Of a stretch of DNA of 61,359 nucleotides, positions 20,510 through 31,600 are shown piece after piece. Position numbers and translations under genes: made by a program. The notes beneath the pieces are model-generated. The model was not told where the DNA came from. It searched no databases and worked only from the letters and a program-made list of their open reading frames with translations. The first letter of the stretch is position 1, and each line of letters starts with the position of its first letter. This DNA comes from an uncultured Bacteroidota bacterium (GTDB taxonomy: Bacteria > Bacteroidota > Bacteroidia > Bacteroidales > GWA2-32-17), in assembly GCA_903872185.1 (NCBI GenBank), contig CAIQJL010000375.1, forward strand, positions 1 through 61,359. Reading direction: 5' to 3'.

Positions 20510-22345
20510 TTATGATTTTAAACCTTTACCTGACGTATTATTCAGGTATATATTCAACGCAGCTTCTGCTTCTTTTAGCTGTGTAATATCCATTACATTA
20601 CCAATGATATAAGAATCTTGTCCGTTTTCATCACTAACTACTTTATATTTATCACTTACCCAGCGATAATCCCCTTTTTTATGGCTAATTCTATATTCAA
20701 TAATAAATTCGGTTTGCAATTGAGGAATTGCTTTTACCATTTTAGCAATTATATTTTCGGCTTTACCTATATCATCAGGATGAAGCAATGCCATAATTTC
20801 AGATGCTTTCATAGCATAAAATTCCTCAGGAGTAAAACCTAGAAGTTGAGCTAATGCCGAGCTTATATATTCGTAGTTCCCGGTTTTAACATTAAGCTTA
20901 TAAAGAATTTGTCGTGCATTATCTAGAATTTCGCGGAAATTAACCTCGTTAATCCTACTTTTTTCTATAATAAATGTATTATCGGTAAGTTCATGAATAA
21001 TACAGAAGCCTCCAGTAACCTGGTTTTCATCATTATATACCGGTGTCATTATACCATTAAGATATAAAGACTGATTTTTATTTATAAAATAATTTCCAGT
21101 AAAAGTCACCTTTTCTCCTAACAAACAAGTTTTTATAGCTTCTTTAAAATCTATATTGTAGCCTGTTTCCAATAAATTGTAACCAATTATTTCATTTTTT
21201 GAAAGTAAAATAATATTCTCATATTTTTCATTACAATCACTTATTTTTCCATCATTTGAGAAATAGAATAAGCCAAAAGGACTATTATCAAATATTAAAT
21301 GGTAGCTTTTCTCTTGTTCAATAATTGCTTTTTCAATTATTTTTCTTTGTGTAATATCTCTTACAACTGCTAATACATAATCTTCTTTATTAAAAGAAAA
21401 TTTATTTAGAGTAACTTCAGTGTCAAATGGTTCATCTCCTCCTCTGACATGAATCCATTCAAAAAACTGAGGAATTCCATCTAATGCAAGATCAATTTTT
21501 TCGCGAGCAAATTCACGAGACGAGCGACCATTTGCCTGAAATGTTGGAGAAAAACGATAATGATATGGAGTATGCATTATTAATTCCTCGAGACTTGATT
21601 TAAAAATATCAACACTTCTTTGATTGCAATCAATAAATTTATCGTCTTTAATAATTAAGTATGCATCATTAGCTGATTCAAAAAGAGTATGATATTTATT
21701 TTCTCTTTCAATAAGTTCATTTTCAGCACGGCGATAACGAGTAATATTTCTGGCTATACCTTCAATAGCAATTAACTCGCCTTCTTCATTCTTTACAGGT
21801 ATTTCTTTTATTTCTAAAAAGCTTACTGAGCCATTAATGTTTTTCACTTCAACCTCAAACGGGGGCTGTTTTAAATCATTGTATGCTAGCTGATTATGCC
21901 TATTAAAACAATCGTCATAAAGCTTCGCAGCACCTAATTTCTTAAATGAATCAATAAAATCCACTTTTGAAAAGCCTAAAACATTTGTTATGGAAGAGCT
22001 TAAATATTTAAATGGATTGTTTTTTTCGTGCCTATAAAAGAAATAATCATCTTTTAAATTATCAACTACCAGTCTATAATTTTTACGACTTACAATTAAA
22101 GATTCATTTAATTCAATGTATTTACTAAAGGGCTTTCGAAGTAGAAAATATAGCAGAACTGAAAGTACTATAAGTATAAAAAACCACCTATATGTTTGAA
22201 CCAGATTCCAAATTACTGTATTTTGAATTGCAATTTCTAGAAAATAATCTGAGAATAAAAAGAGAACAATAAAAGATGAAGCAAAGAAAATTCCGGTAAC
22301 TTTTAGTTTCCAATTATTCTTTAAATTTATTTTCATGTTTAACAT
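20510..22345 (-). CDS. Membrane-anchored multi-PAS protein with no output domain
   Basis: Two N-terminal TMs and about four PAS/PAC units (ends GIARNIT, VVRDIT, GNVMDIT); stops about 20 aa after the last DIT motif. Confidence 0.82.
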   Translation of the reverse strand: MLNMKINLKNNWKLKVTGIFFASSFIVLFLFSDYFLEIAIQNTVIWNLVQTYRWFFILIVLSVLLYFLLRKPFSKYIELNESLIVSRKNYRLVVDNLKDDYFFYRHEKNNPFKYLSSSITNVLGFSKVDFIDSFKKLGAAKLYDDCFNRHNQLAYNDLKQPPFEVEVKNINGSVSFLEIKEIPVKNEEGELIAIEGIARNITRYRRAENELIERENKYHTLFESANDAYLIIKDDKFIDCNQRSVDIFKSSLEELIMHTPYHYRFSPTFQANGRSSREFAREKIDLALDGIPQFFEWIHVRGGDEPFDTEVTLNKFSFNKEDYVLAVVRDITQRKIIEKAIIEQEKSYHLIFDNSPFGLFYFSNDGKISDCNEKYENIILLSKNEIIGYNLLETGYNIDFKEAIKTCLLGEKVTFTGNYFINKNQSLYLNGIMTPVYNDENQVTGGFCIIHELTDNTFIIEKSRINEVNFREILDNARQILYKLNVKTGNYEYISSALAQLLGFTPEEFYAMKASEIMALLHPDDIGKAENIIAKMVKAIPQLQTEFIIEYRISHKKGDYRWVSDKYKVVSDENGQDSYIIGNVMDITQLKEAEAALNIYLNNTSGKGLKS

Positions 22346-22350
22346 AAATT

Positions 22351-22809
22351 TTATCTGATTCGATCAATTGACCGAATCAATTTTTCATCTTTTTTTATTG
22401 ACCTAAAAGCAAGATAAGTAAATATAGCTGATAATAAAGGAAAAGCCATTACAACTTTATAATTTGTTAAAACATTTTCTACTTGGCCAGCATCCCATAT
22501 AAAAAAGAATAATAGCAATTGGAAAAAAACAAGTAAAATTATATTAATAAAACATGATTTCATTTGCAAAGTTCTGTTTTTATATAAGAAAACAATCACA
22601 AATAACATTAATTCATTAAATATAAATAACAGTAAAATAAAGAAAGAAAATGATTCAAGGTTTAATATTGAATCCGACTGTAATCCAGAAATAACAAATT
22701 CAATAATTTTTTTATCTGGTAAAACAAAAGAAGCAACTGGTATAAAAACCATTGCTAGCTGAAAAGCAAAAGCAAATATCAAAAATACGGTTTGAATTCT
22801 TTGTATCAT
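22351..22809 (-). CDS. DUF4293 family membrane protein
   Basis: MIQRIQT start, YKNR.LQ, LA.R.IKKDEKLIRS.DRIR end. Confidence 0.88.
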   Translation of the reverse strand: MIQRIQTVFLIFAFAFQLAMVFIPVASFVLPDKKIIEFVISGLQSDSILNLESFSFFILLLFIFNELMLFVIVFLYKNRTLQMKSCFINIILLVFFQLLLFFFIWDAGQVENVLTNYKVVMAFPLLSAIFTYLAFRSIKKDEKLIRSIDRIR

Positions 22810-22978
22810 AAAACGATAAACTTTAATACAAACCTAATAAAAAAAGAGACATATTCGCAACAATTTTCTTCGAAATTATAAAGTGATTTAATTTCAAATC
22901 TCGACTAAACATTGGGGATTTCTAAATTTTAAGCTACTTTCGCATTATTGATTTTAAAATAAACGTCCTTAATTTAAG

Positions 22979-24766
22979 ATGATTAACATCTACTCTAATA
23001 TTCAAAACTTTATAAACAGATTATTAATTTGGCGATTAAAGCACGTTAACGATAAATATTTTATAATTTTTCTTTCTGTAATTGTTGGAGCTCTTGCTGG
23101 ACTAACAGCTGTGCTTATCAAAAACACAGTTCATTTTATTAGCTTTTTACTAACCTATAACTTTTCAGACAAGTACCAAAATTTCTTTTACTTAGCATAC
23201 CCTGCAATTGGTATTCTAATAGTAATTGTGCTACTAAAATTCATATTAAAGAAAAAACCAAAACCCGAAATCCCAAATGTTTTATATGCAATTTCTAGAT
23301 TAGAAGGCAAACTAAAAGCTTCAAATATTTACACAACTATTTTAGCAAGTACAATAACTGTAGGTTTTGGAGGATCGGTTGGATTAGAAGGACCATCCGT
23401 AACAACAGGTGCATCAGTTGGTTCCTCTCTTGCCCAATTACTCCGATTAAGTTACAAACAAACAATTTTACTAATTGGATGTGCAGGTGCAGCAGCTATA
23501 GCTTCACTTTTTAAAGCCCCAGTTACAGGAATTGTTTTTGCCCTTGAAATATTTATGCTCGATTTAACAATGGCATCAATTTTACCATTGCTTATTTCTT
23601 CTGTTACTGGAGCATTGGCATCATATCTTTTTTTTGGGCAAGATGTTATTTACGATTTTCAATTAATTAGCAAATTCAATATTAAAGAAATTCCATATTA
23701 TTTAATTTTAGGGCTTTTAACTGGATTTTTTGCAGTATATTTTACTGCCATTCAAATAAGTATAAAGAAACTTTTTAAAAAAATATCTTCATGGATTGTA
23801 AGGCTTGCAATTGGAGGTACAATTCTAGGTATTCTCATATTTTTTATGCCTTCTTTGTTTGGAGAAGGTTATCAAACTGTTAATTCTAGCTTACATGGCG
23901 ACTATTCATACTTATTTGAACATAGTCAGTTTTATGAATATAAGGACAGTATTTACTCGGTAATTTTAATGTTCTTAGCTCTTGTAATTTTTAAATCTAT
24001 AGCAACCGCAGTAACTTTTGGTGCAGGAGGAGTTGGTGGAATATTTGCACCAATTTTATTTCTTGGAGCAAATCTTGGATTTTTAATCGCTAAACTTTTC
24101 GAGGTTATTGGAATTAGAGTTCAGGCAAGTAACTATGCCTTAGTTGGCATGGCTGGTTTACTCTCAGGTGTAATGTATGCACCTTTAACAGGAATCTTTC
24201 TTATTGCAGAAATAACAAATGGATACGAACTTATTTTTCCGTTAATGTTGGTATCAACAATATCTTATGCCATTGCTAGAGGCTTTAATCCACATTCAAT
24301 TTATACAAGAAAACTAGCTAAAGATGGAAACCTAATTACTCACAACAAAGATAAAGCTGTTCTTTCAATGATGAAGGTTGAAAAACATATTGAAACAAAT
24401 TTCAGATCTGTTAAACCTAATGATACATTAAGAAAACTAATTGAAATAATATCTAAGTCAAATAGAAACTTGTATCCTATAATTGATGAAGAAAATAATT
24501 TTCTTGGAATTGTCTTTTTAGACCATATTAAACACATTATTTTTAAACCCGAATTTTACGATACCATTGTTGTAAAAGATTTAGGATTTATTCCGCAGGC
24601 TTTGGTTAAACCTGACGATACAATGGAAGAAGTTGTAAAGAAATTTCAAGAGACTGGCAACTTTAATATGCCCGTAGTTAAAGATGGTAAATATTTGGGG
24701 TTTGTTTCCAGAGCAAATATTTTTTCGGCTTACCGCAAAAAACTGAATTATTTTTCTGAAGAATAA
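22979..24766 (+). CDS. ClC family chloride channel/transporter with two CBS domains
   Basis: GGSVGLEGP, FKAPVTG, GGVGGIFAP, C-terminal CBS pair. Confidence 0.93.
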   Translation: MINIYSNIQNFINRLLIWRLKHVNDKYFIIFLSVIVGALAGLTAVLIKNTVHFISFLLTYNFSDKYQNFFYLAYPAIGILIVIVLLKFILKKKPKPEIPNVLYAISRLEGKLKASNIYTTILASTITVGFGGSVGLEGPSVTTGASVGSSLAQLLRLSYKQTILLIGCAGAAAIASLFKAPVTGIVFALEIFMLDLTMASILPLLISSVTGALASYLFFGQDVIYDFQLISKFNIKEIPYYLILGLLTGFFAVYFTAIQISIKKLFKKISSWIVRLAIGGTILGILIFFMPSLFGEGYQTVNSSLHGDYSYLFEHSQFYEYKDSIYSVILMFLALVIFKSIATAVTFGAGGVGGIFAPILFLGANLGFLIAKLFEVIGIRVQASNYALVGMAGLLSGVMYAPLTGIFLIAEITNGYELIFPLMLVSTISYAIARGFNPHSIYTRKLAKDGNLITHNKDKAVLSMMKVEKHIETNFRSVKPNDTLRKLIEIISKSNRNLYPIIDEENNFLGIVFLDHIKHIIFKPEFYDTIVVKDLGFIPQALVKPDDTMEEVVKKFQETGNFNMPVVKDGKYLGFVSRANIFSAYRKKLNYFSEE

Positions 24767-24812
24767 AGAAATACTTATTTCAAATCTCTTTAACTCTTCA
24801 AGGCATCCGCTC

Positions 24813-24885
24813 TTTCAGGCGAGGACTCCTAAAAATATTTTAATATTGTAAACAGAATATTCCAGGCGAGGACGCCTGGAATATT
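24813..24885. repeat. Two copies of a CAGGCGAGGACGCCTG palindrome (one decayed, one perfect)
   Basis: 24856-24885 AATATTCCAGGCG-agga-CGCCTGGAATATT; 24813-24839 TTTCAGGCGAGGACTCCTAAAAATATT. Confidence 0.65.
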
Positions 24886-24900
24886 ATACTTGAAAGACAC

Positions 24901-24938
24901 AAAAAAAAAGAGCTGCCAAAATTTTGGCAGCTCTTTTT
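24901..24938. terminator. Bidirectional intrinsic terminator
   Basis: A9-GAGCTGCCAAA/TTTGGCAGCTC-T5 between convergent genes. Confidence 0.85.
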
Positions 24939-24955
24939 AAAATAATTTTTTAATA

Positions 24956-25348
24956 TTATTGAATACTATCGTTTAATTGTTGCATAGCATTATTTAAATC
25001 GCCACCAAAGTCATTTAGTGTATTTTCAAAAGAAGGAACTTGACTTACTGAATACATAAAATATCCTAAAAGTAAAACAACAACAACGTTAATAATTAAA
25101 CCTGTCATTGCTAGTCCTTTTCCGCCACCTGTTGCGCCTAGTTTCTTCATTCCCATAAAGCTTAATAGTAAACCAACAATAGCTATTACTAAGCATACAA
25201 TAAGTGAAATGTAACCGTTTAATCCAGCAGCTTGAGCTATAGCAGCAGCTGCCCAAACGAACCAAATACTAACGATCATCAATAATGAAATAACAAATCC
25301 AACGATTGCTAAGCCCTTACCCTGAGGTTTTTGTGTAGTTTCTTCCAT
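24956..25348 (-). CDS. Small membrane protein (DUF4190-like repeats)
   Basis: GKGLAIVGF / GKGLAMTGL repeated; 3 TM segments. Confidence 0.7.
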   Translation of the reverse strand: MEETTQKPQGKGLAIVGFVISLLMIVSIWFVWAAAAIAQAAGLNGYISLIVCLVIAIVGLLLSFMGMKKLGATGGGKGLAMTGLIINVVVVLLLGYFMYSVSQVPSFENTLNDFGGDLNNAMQQLNDSIQ

Positions 25349-25496
25349 AATTTAAAAGTTTTAGATTAATTAATAAGTTTACGGAGGCTAAAGTATAACA
25401 TCTTTTTTTGACAGCCAAACTAATATTATATTTTTTATCCACACCCATATTTTAAATATTTTTAACCTTATTTGTTTTGTGTGTATAGTAAAATCT

Positions 25497-25504
25497 TAAC
25501 TTTG
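25497..25504 (+). promoter_or_regulatory. -7 element (TAACTTTG) of glyA, with TTTG -33 candidates upstream
   Basis: Bacteroidota promoter consensus about 37 nt upstream of the ATG. Confidence 0.55.
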
Positions 25505-25541
25505 GCCGTGTTTCATTTTTTTACATAAATATTTATTCACA

Positions 25542-26822
25542 ATGGAAAAAGATTTAAAAATATTTGGCCTTATTGAAGAAGAGCACAACAGACAGCTCCA
25601 AGGTATAGAACTTATCGCATCTGAGAACTTTGTTAGCCAACAAGTGCTTCAAGCTATGGGTTCTGTTTTAACAAATAAATATGCCGAAGGTTATCCTGGC
25701 AAACGTTACTATGGTGGATGCGAAGTTGTTGACAAGACTGAACAGCTTGCTATTGATAGAATTAAAGAACTTTTTGGTGCAGAATATGCAAATGTACAAC
25801 CTCATTCTGGTGCTCAAGCAAATGCAGCAGTAATGCTTGCAGTATTAAAACCTGGCGATAAATTTATGGGGCTAGATCTTTCTCATGGTGGACATTTAAC
25901 TCATGGTTCACTTGTAAATTATTCTGGCATACTATATCAACCTTTTGCATATAGAGTTAAAGAAGATACTGGGTTGATAGATTATGACGAGATGGAAAAA
26001 CTAGCCATGGAACATAAACCAAAAATGATTATTGCTGGAGCTTCAGCATATAGCCGCGATTGGGATTATGCTCGCATGCGATTTATTGCAGATAAAATTG
26101 GTGCATTACTAATGGCCGACATTTCACATCCTGCGGGATTAATTGCTGCTAAAGAATTAAACAACCCTTTCCCTCATTGTCACATTGTTACATCTACAAC
26201 ACACAAAACTCTAAGAGGTCCTCGCGGTGGCATAATTTTAATAGGTATCGATTTTCCTAATCCCTGGGGATTAACTACACCAAAAGGTGAAATAAAAATG
26301 ATGTCAACTTTAATTGACTCTGCTGTTTTTCCTGGCATTCAAGGTGGACCACTTGAACATGTAATTGCATCTAAAGCTGTTGCCTTTGGCGAGGCACTTA
26401 GTCCATCATATACAGAATACATCAAACAGGTTAGAAAAAATGCTGTTAGAATGGCAACAGAATTTGTAAATAAAGGATATAAAGTAATTTCTGGAGGAAC
26501 TGATAATCACCTAATGCTTATCGACCTTCGCACAAAATTTCCTGAAATTACTGGTAAACAAGTTGAAAATACTTTGGTAAAAGCACATATTACTATCAAT
26601 AAAAATATGGTTCCATTCGATACACGTTCACCATTTCAGGCATCTGGTATCCGCATTGGAACACCTGCAATAACAACACGTGGAATGAAAGAAGAACACA
26701 TGCCAGTAATTGTTGATTTAGTAGATAGAGTAATTTCAAATATCACAAACGAAGACATCATAAACAAAACAGGAAAAGAAGTAAACGAAATGATGAAACA
26801 ATTTAAATTGTTTGCTTACTAA
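25542..26822 (+). CDS. glyA: Serine hydroxymethyltransferase
   Basis: [37 protein letters not shown] (PLP Lys), [13 protein letters not shown]. Confidence 0.98.
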   Translation: MEKDLKIFGLIEEEHNRQLQGIELIASENFVSQQVLQAMGSVLTNKYAEGYPGKRYYGGCEVVDKTEQLAIDRIKELFGAEYANVQPHSGAQANAAVMLAVLKPGDKFMGLDLSHGGHLTHGSLVNYSGILYQPFAYRVKEDTGLIDYDEMEKLAMEHKPKMIIAGASAYSRDWDYARMRFIADKIGALLMADISHPAGLIAAKELNNPFPHCHIVTSTTHKTLRGPRGGIILIGIDFPNPWGLTTPKGEIKMMSTLIDSAVFPGIQGGPLEHVIASKAVAFGEALSPSYTEYIKQVRKNAVRMATEFVNKGYKVISGGTDNHLMLIDLRTKFPEITGKQVENTLVKAHITINKNMVPFDTRSPFQASGIRIGTPAITTRGMKEEHMPVIVDLVDRVISNITNEDIINKTGKEVNEMMKQFKLFAY

Positions 26823-26905
26823 TATTAAATCACAAATAATAATATTTGTCAATTGTGCTTTGGCATTTATTTGAAATTTGTTTTTGACGTTTGGCTTTTA
26901 AACTT

Positions 26906-27667
26906 ATGGAATGGTATTTATACGTTTTAGTAGTCTCCGCTGGGCTTTTAGTAGGTTTCATTAACACACTTGCTGGGAGTGGTTCGCTAATTTCATTGCC
27001 ATTACTAATGTTTATGGGATTGCCTGCGAATGTAGCAAATGGAACTAATAGAATTGGAATATTTTTGCAATCTGTTGTGGCTGCATTAAGTTTCAGAAAA
27101 CAAAAGATTTTTAAATGGAACGAAGCATTCTATATTACAATTCCAGCAGTTATTGGTGCTTTTCCAGGAGCAGTAATAGCAGCTAACATTCCAAAAGAAT
27201 TTCTAAACTATGCAATAGGCATCCTTTTAATATTTATGTTTTTTATTGTTTGGCTAAAGCCAGAACAATGGGTAAAAGGTAAAGCCGGAAAAATAAAAGC
27301 ACGACCTGGAATACTTCAAATTATCATTTATTTTTTGATTGGAGTTTATGGGGGATTTATTCAAGCAGGTATTGGGTTTTTCTTGCTTTCAGCACTTGTG
27401 CTAAGCTCTGGTTATGATCTTGTAAAAGCAAATGCATTAAAAGTTTTTATTACAGGTGCATTTACTCTAATTGTATTACCTGTATTTATTTATTACGATC
27501 AGATAAATTATTTACTTGGAGGGCTACTTGCAGCTGGAAGTATGGTGGGTGCTTGGATAGCAACAAAAGTTGCCATAAAAAAAGGACCTGTTTTTATAAG
27601 ATATTTTCTTCTTGTAATAATATTAGCATCATCAATCAAGTTATTAATAATTGATGTGTTTTTTTAA
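26906..27667 (+). CDS. TauE/SafE family sulfite exporter
   Basis: GFINTLAGSGS, ANGTNR, GVYGGFIQAGIG, ANALK; about 8 TM; TTG at 26891 is an alternative start. Confidence 0.88.
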   Translation: MEWYLYVLVVSAGLLVGFINTLAGSGSLISLPLLMFMGLPANVANGTNRIGIFLQSVVAALSFRKQKIFKWNEAFYITIPAVIGAFPGAVIAANIPKEFLNYAIGILLIFMFFIVWLKPEQWVKGKAGKIKARPGILQIIIYFLIGVYGGFIQAGIGFFLLSALVLSSGYDLVKANALKVFITGAFTLIVLPVFIYYDQINYLLGGLLAAGSMVGAWIATKVAIKKGPVFIRYFLLVIILASSIKLLIIDVFF

Positions 27668-27678
27668 ATATCAAGAAT

Positions 27679-28563
27679 ATGAAAACAATCTTTTTTCCTT
27701 TTTTATTGCTTTTAGCGATAATCGTGTTTTCAAGTCTTTCTTCGGACAAAAAAGTTGAAGTAAAAAAGCTTGGAATTGAAGATGCTATTAATAAAGGTTT
27801 AATAAGAGCCGTAGTTAAAGGCAAAGGTGGTCATGGCGGAGAATGCATAAACCTTAACATTATAAGTATTGCTTCTGTTGATACAACTATTTATGTTGAA
27901 GCTGGAAGAAGGTTAAACTCAGAAGATTCAACCATACAGGACATTTTGGTAGTAAAAGAAATTCCAATTTTTGTAAAAGCTGGTGAAGAAAAGAATATTA
28001 ATATTTATGGATTTTGTTGTCAGGCATCTAATCACTCTCCTTCTACCAATGAAAAATTTGACATAGGCCATATGGCTGATAGCGGACTTGTTAAACTTGC
28101 ACAATTTTTAAGTAAAAATCCATTTGAAGACGGTATTATGCAAAATGCAGTATGGGTTATTTCAGACAATCACCCATTATCTTCTGTTGGTTCATCTGAT
28201 GCAAGTAAAAGAAAAGAATTACGTAAACTTCATAATATACTTGCCACAATAAAACATTTACCAATAGATTTTTCATGGTATTCTCTTACTTTTAAATCAG
28301 ATACTGCAAGATTATTTTCTGGTGTTCCCGATTCATTGTATGGAGACATAGAATATAGTATATGGAAAAACAGTAGTGTGTCTCTAACACTTAGCGATTC
28401 TATTGGGCACGTTGTGAAAAGATTTTTTTCAAATAAACCTCAGAACCCTGAGAAGTACACATACGAAATTAAAACTTCTGTTTTTGGATACCCAAAAGGT
28501 AAATATTTTGTTAGGTTGTTTGCAAATGATCAAATGAAGCTGGAGAAAACTGTAGAACTTTAA
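27679..28563 (+). CDS. Hypothetical secreted protein with YGFCC motif and Ig-like C-terminus
   Basis: Signal peptide; C-terminus YPKGKYFVRL...KTVEL resembles FlgD-Ig/T9SS-CTD-like tails. Confidence 0.6.
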   Translation: MKTIFFPFLLLLAIIVFSSLSSDKKVEVKKLGIEDAINKGLIRAVVKGKGGHGGECINLNIISIASVDTTIYVEAGRRLNSEDSTIQDILVVKEIPIFVKAGEEKNINIYGFCCQASNHSPSTNEKFDIGHMADSGLVKLAQFLSKNPFEDGIMQNAVWVISDNHPLSSVGSSDASKRKELRKLHNILATIKHLPIDFSWYSLTFKSDTARLFSGVPDSLYGDIEYSIWKNSSVSLTLSDSIGHVVKRFFSNKPQNPEKYTYEIKTSVFGYPKGKYFVRLFANDQMKLEKTVEL

Positions 28564-28689
28564 TTTCCATTTTATTCATTTATTTCCTCTTTATCTATAC
28601 CCTATCAATGTCTTTAATGCAATAAAGAATGTAAAAATACCTTATTTTTACATTCTAAACTATAATTACAATATTAGTAAACTTATAAT

Positions 28690-31600
28690 ATGACTGACAA
28701 ATTTTCCATAATTGAGATCAACAGATTATATCAAATAATTGAAAAAGATTTTAGCGAGAGAAAAGAGATATTTGGAATTCCTGAAGAACTTTTTTTCAGA
28801 CCATCAAAAAACGATAATTTTAAAATCTCACGTTATGGGCAAATTATAGAATCACCTATTGGAGTGGCTGCTGGTCCACATTCTCAAATGGCACAAAATA
28901 TAATCTCCGCCTGGCTTTGTGGTGCAAGATATATCGAATTAAAAACGATTCAGACTCTTGATGAAATTAATGTTTCAAAACCCTGTATTGACATGCAGGA
29001 TGAGGGCTATAATTGTGAATGGTCACAGGAACTTAGAATTCATGAAACATTTGAAGAATATTTAAAAGCATGGATACTAATTCATATCTTAAAACACAAA
29101 TTAAACTTTGAAAAAAGCGAAGATATTGGTGTTATTTTTAACATGAGTGCAGGTTACAATATGGAAGGGTTGTTAAAAGAAAATGTACAATGGTTCTTTA
29201 GTAAAATGGAGAATTGTAAACAAGAAAAAGAAAAATATATTGAATTACTAAAACCACTTTATCCGGAAATTGCAAACATTGAAATTCCAAATAGAATTAC
29301 TGACAACATTACTTTATCTACAATGCACGGCTGTCCACCAGAAGAAATTGAAAATATTGGACTATATCTTATTAACGAAAAGAAACTCAACACTACAATT
29401 AAACTAAATCCTACACTACTTGGATCAAAAGAATTAAGAGAAATTTTAAACGCAAAACTTGGTTTTAAAACTGAAGTACCTGATATTGCTTTCGATCACG
29501 ATTTAAAATATGCTGACGCTTTAAAACTTATTAACTCGCTACAGCAAGCTGCTGATAAAAACAACGTTCAGTTTAATCTTAAACTTACTAATACTTTAGA
29601 AAGCATAAATAACAAAAATATCTTCTCTGCCGATGAGAAAATGATGTACATGAGTGGTCGTGCTCTACACCCTATAAGCATAAACCTTGCTAAGAAATTA
29701 CAAAATGAATTTAATGGTAAATTAGATATTTCTTTTTGTGCAGGAGCCGATTGCTTTAACATTTCTGACATTCTAAATTGTGGTCTTCAACCAATAACAA
29801 TTTGTTCGGATATTTTAAAACCTGGTGGATATGGCCGACTTATACAATATATTGAGAATATCAGAGAAAATAAAACTGTAACAAATAAACTTGAATTTCT
29901 TAACAAATATGCAGATGAAGTTATTTCTGAAAAAGCATATATCCGTGACTCATTCCACACACCTGATATTAAAACAAACAGAGAATTAAATTATTTTGAT
30001 TGCATTCACCCTCCTTGTGTCGATACCTGCCCAACAAATCAAGACATACCCGATTATTTATACTTAACCTCAATTGGCGAATTCGAAAAAGCATTTGAAG
30101 TAATACTTAAAAAAAATCCTTTTCCAGCATCTTTAGGAATGGTTTGCGACCATCTTTGTCAATCTAAATGCACAAGAATAAACTATGATGACAGCATACA
30201 AATAAGAGAAGTAAAACGATTTATTGCAGATTATGGGAGCAACGAGAATTTCTTAAAGCCAGCAAAAGAAAACGAATTTAAAGTTTCTATAATTGGTGCA
30301 GGTCCATCAGGTCTAGCTTGTGCATATTTCTTAAGACTAGCTGGATTTAAAGTTAATGTTTACGAGACTAAAAATATTGCAGGCGGAATGGTTGCAGATG
30401 CTATTCCGGCATTCCGCCTTAGAAAACAATCTATAGAAAAAGATATAGAAAGAATTAAAAACCTTGGAGTAAATATTCATTATTCAAACAAAATTGATTC
30501 TTCATTTTTTGAAAATATCCAGAAAGAAAGCGATTTCATTTATCTTGCTACTGGCGCGCAAAAATTTAAAAAACTTGACATTGAAGGCGAAAGTTCAATT
30601 GGTGTTTTAGATGCTTTTAATTTTCTGTATTCTGTTAAAAACGACAAACACATTGAACTCGGAAAAAATGTTATAATAATTGGCGGTGGAAATACTGCAA
30701 TGGATGTTGCACGTACTGCAAACAGACTCATTCATACAAATGGAAAAGTAACTGTTGTATACAGAAGAACGATACACGAAATGCCTGCCGATGCTGAAGA
30801 AATTGCAGCATTAATTGATGAAGGAATAGAAATAATAGAACTATCTGCACCGGAAAAAATAGTTTCAGAGAACGGAAAAACAACAGCATTAATTTGCTCA
30901 AAAATGAAACTAGGAGAACCAGATTCTTCAGGTAGAGCAAAACCAATAAAAATTGAAAACTCAGAATTTACTATTAATGTAGATTCAATTATTCCTGCAT
31001 TAGGACAAGATGTAGACATTGATTTTATAAAACCTGAATTGCTAAAAACAAATCCTAATAGCTACGAAACACAAATTAAAAATATTTTCATTGGTGGCGA
31101 TGCAATGCGAGGTGCTGCAACAATAGTAAAAGCTGTTGGTGATGGTAGAAAGGTAGCTTCTGAAATATTAAATCGTACTGGCATAAATTATAATTTTGAA
31201 CCCGAAAAAGTAAATCGTGGTTTAAAACACAAAGATTATATTATTAAAAAATCTACTCGCAATAAATCAGAACAACTTACAGAATCTGCAATTGAAAACA
31301 GAAAGAATTTTAATATAGTAATTTCTCCACTAACGAAAGAGCAAGCGGTTACTGAAGCCAAACGTTGCTTACTTTGCGATGATGTTTGCAATATATGCGT
31401 AACAGTTTGCCCAAATCGTGCAAATTATAGTTACTTTATTGAACCAAAAAACATAATTATATATAAAGCAATAAAAAGTTGCGAAACAATAAATATTGAA
31501 AAAGCAGGAATATTAAACCTTTCACAAAATACTCAGGTTTTAAATATTGGCGACTTTTGCAACGAATGTGGCAATTGCACAACATTTTGCCCAACAAATG

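Noticed and set aside
25435-25443. Perfect DnaA box TTATCCACA upstream of glyA (and TTATCAACA near dnaN)
   Set aside because: Isolated boxes; about one is expected by chance in 61 kb of AT-rich DNA; no cluster indicating oriC
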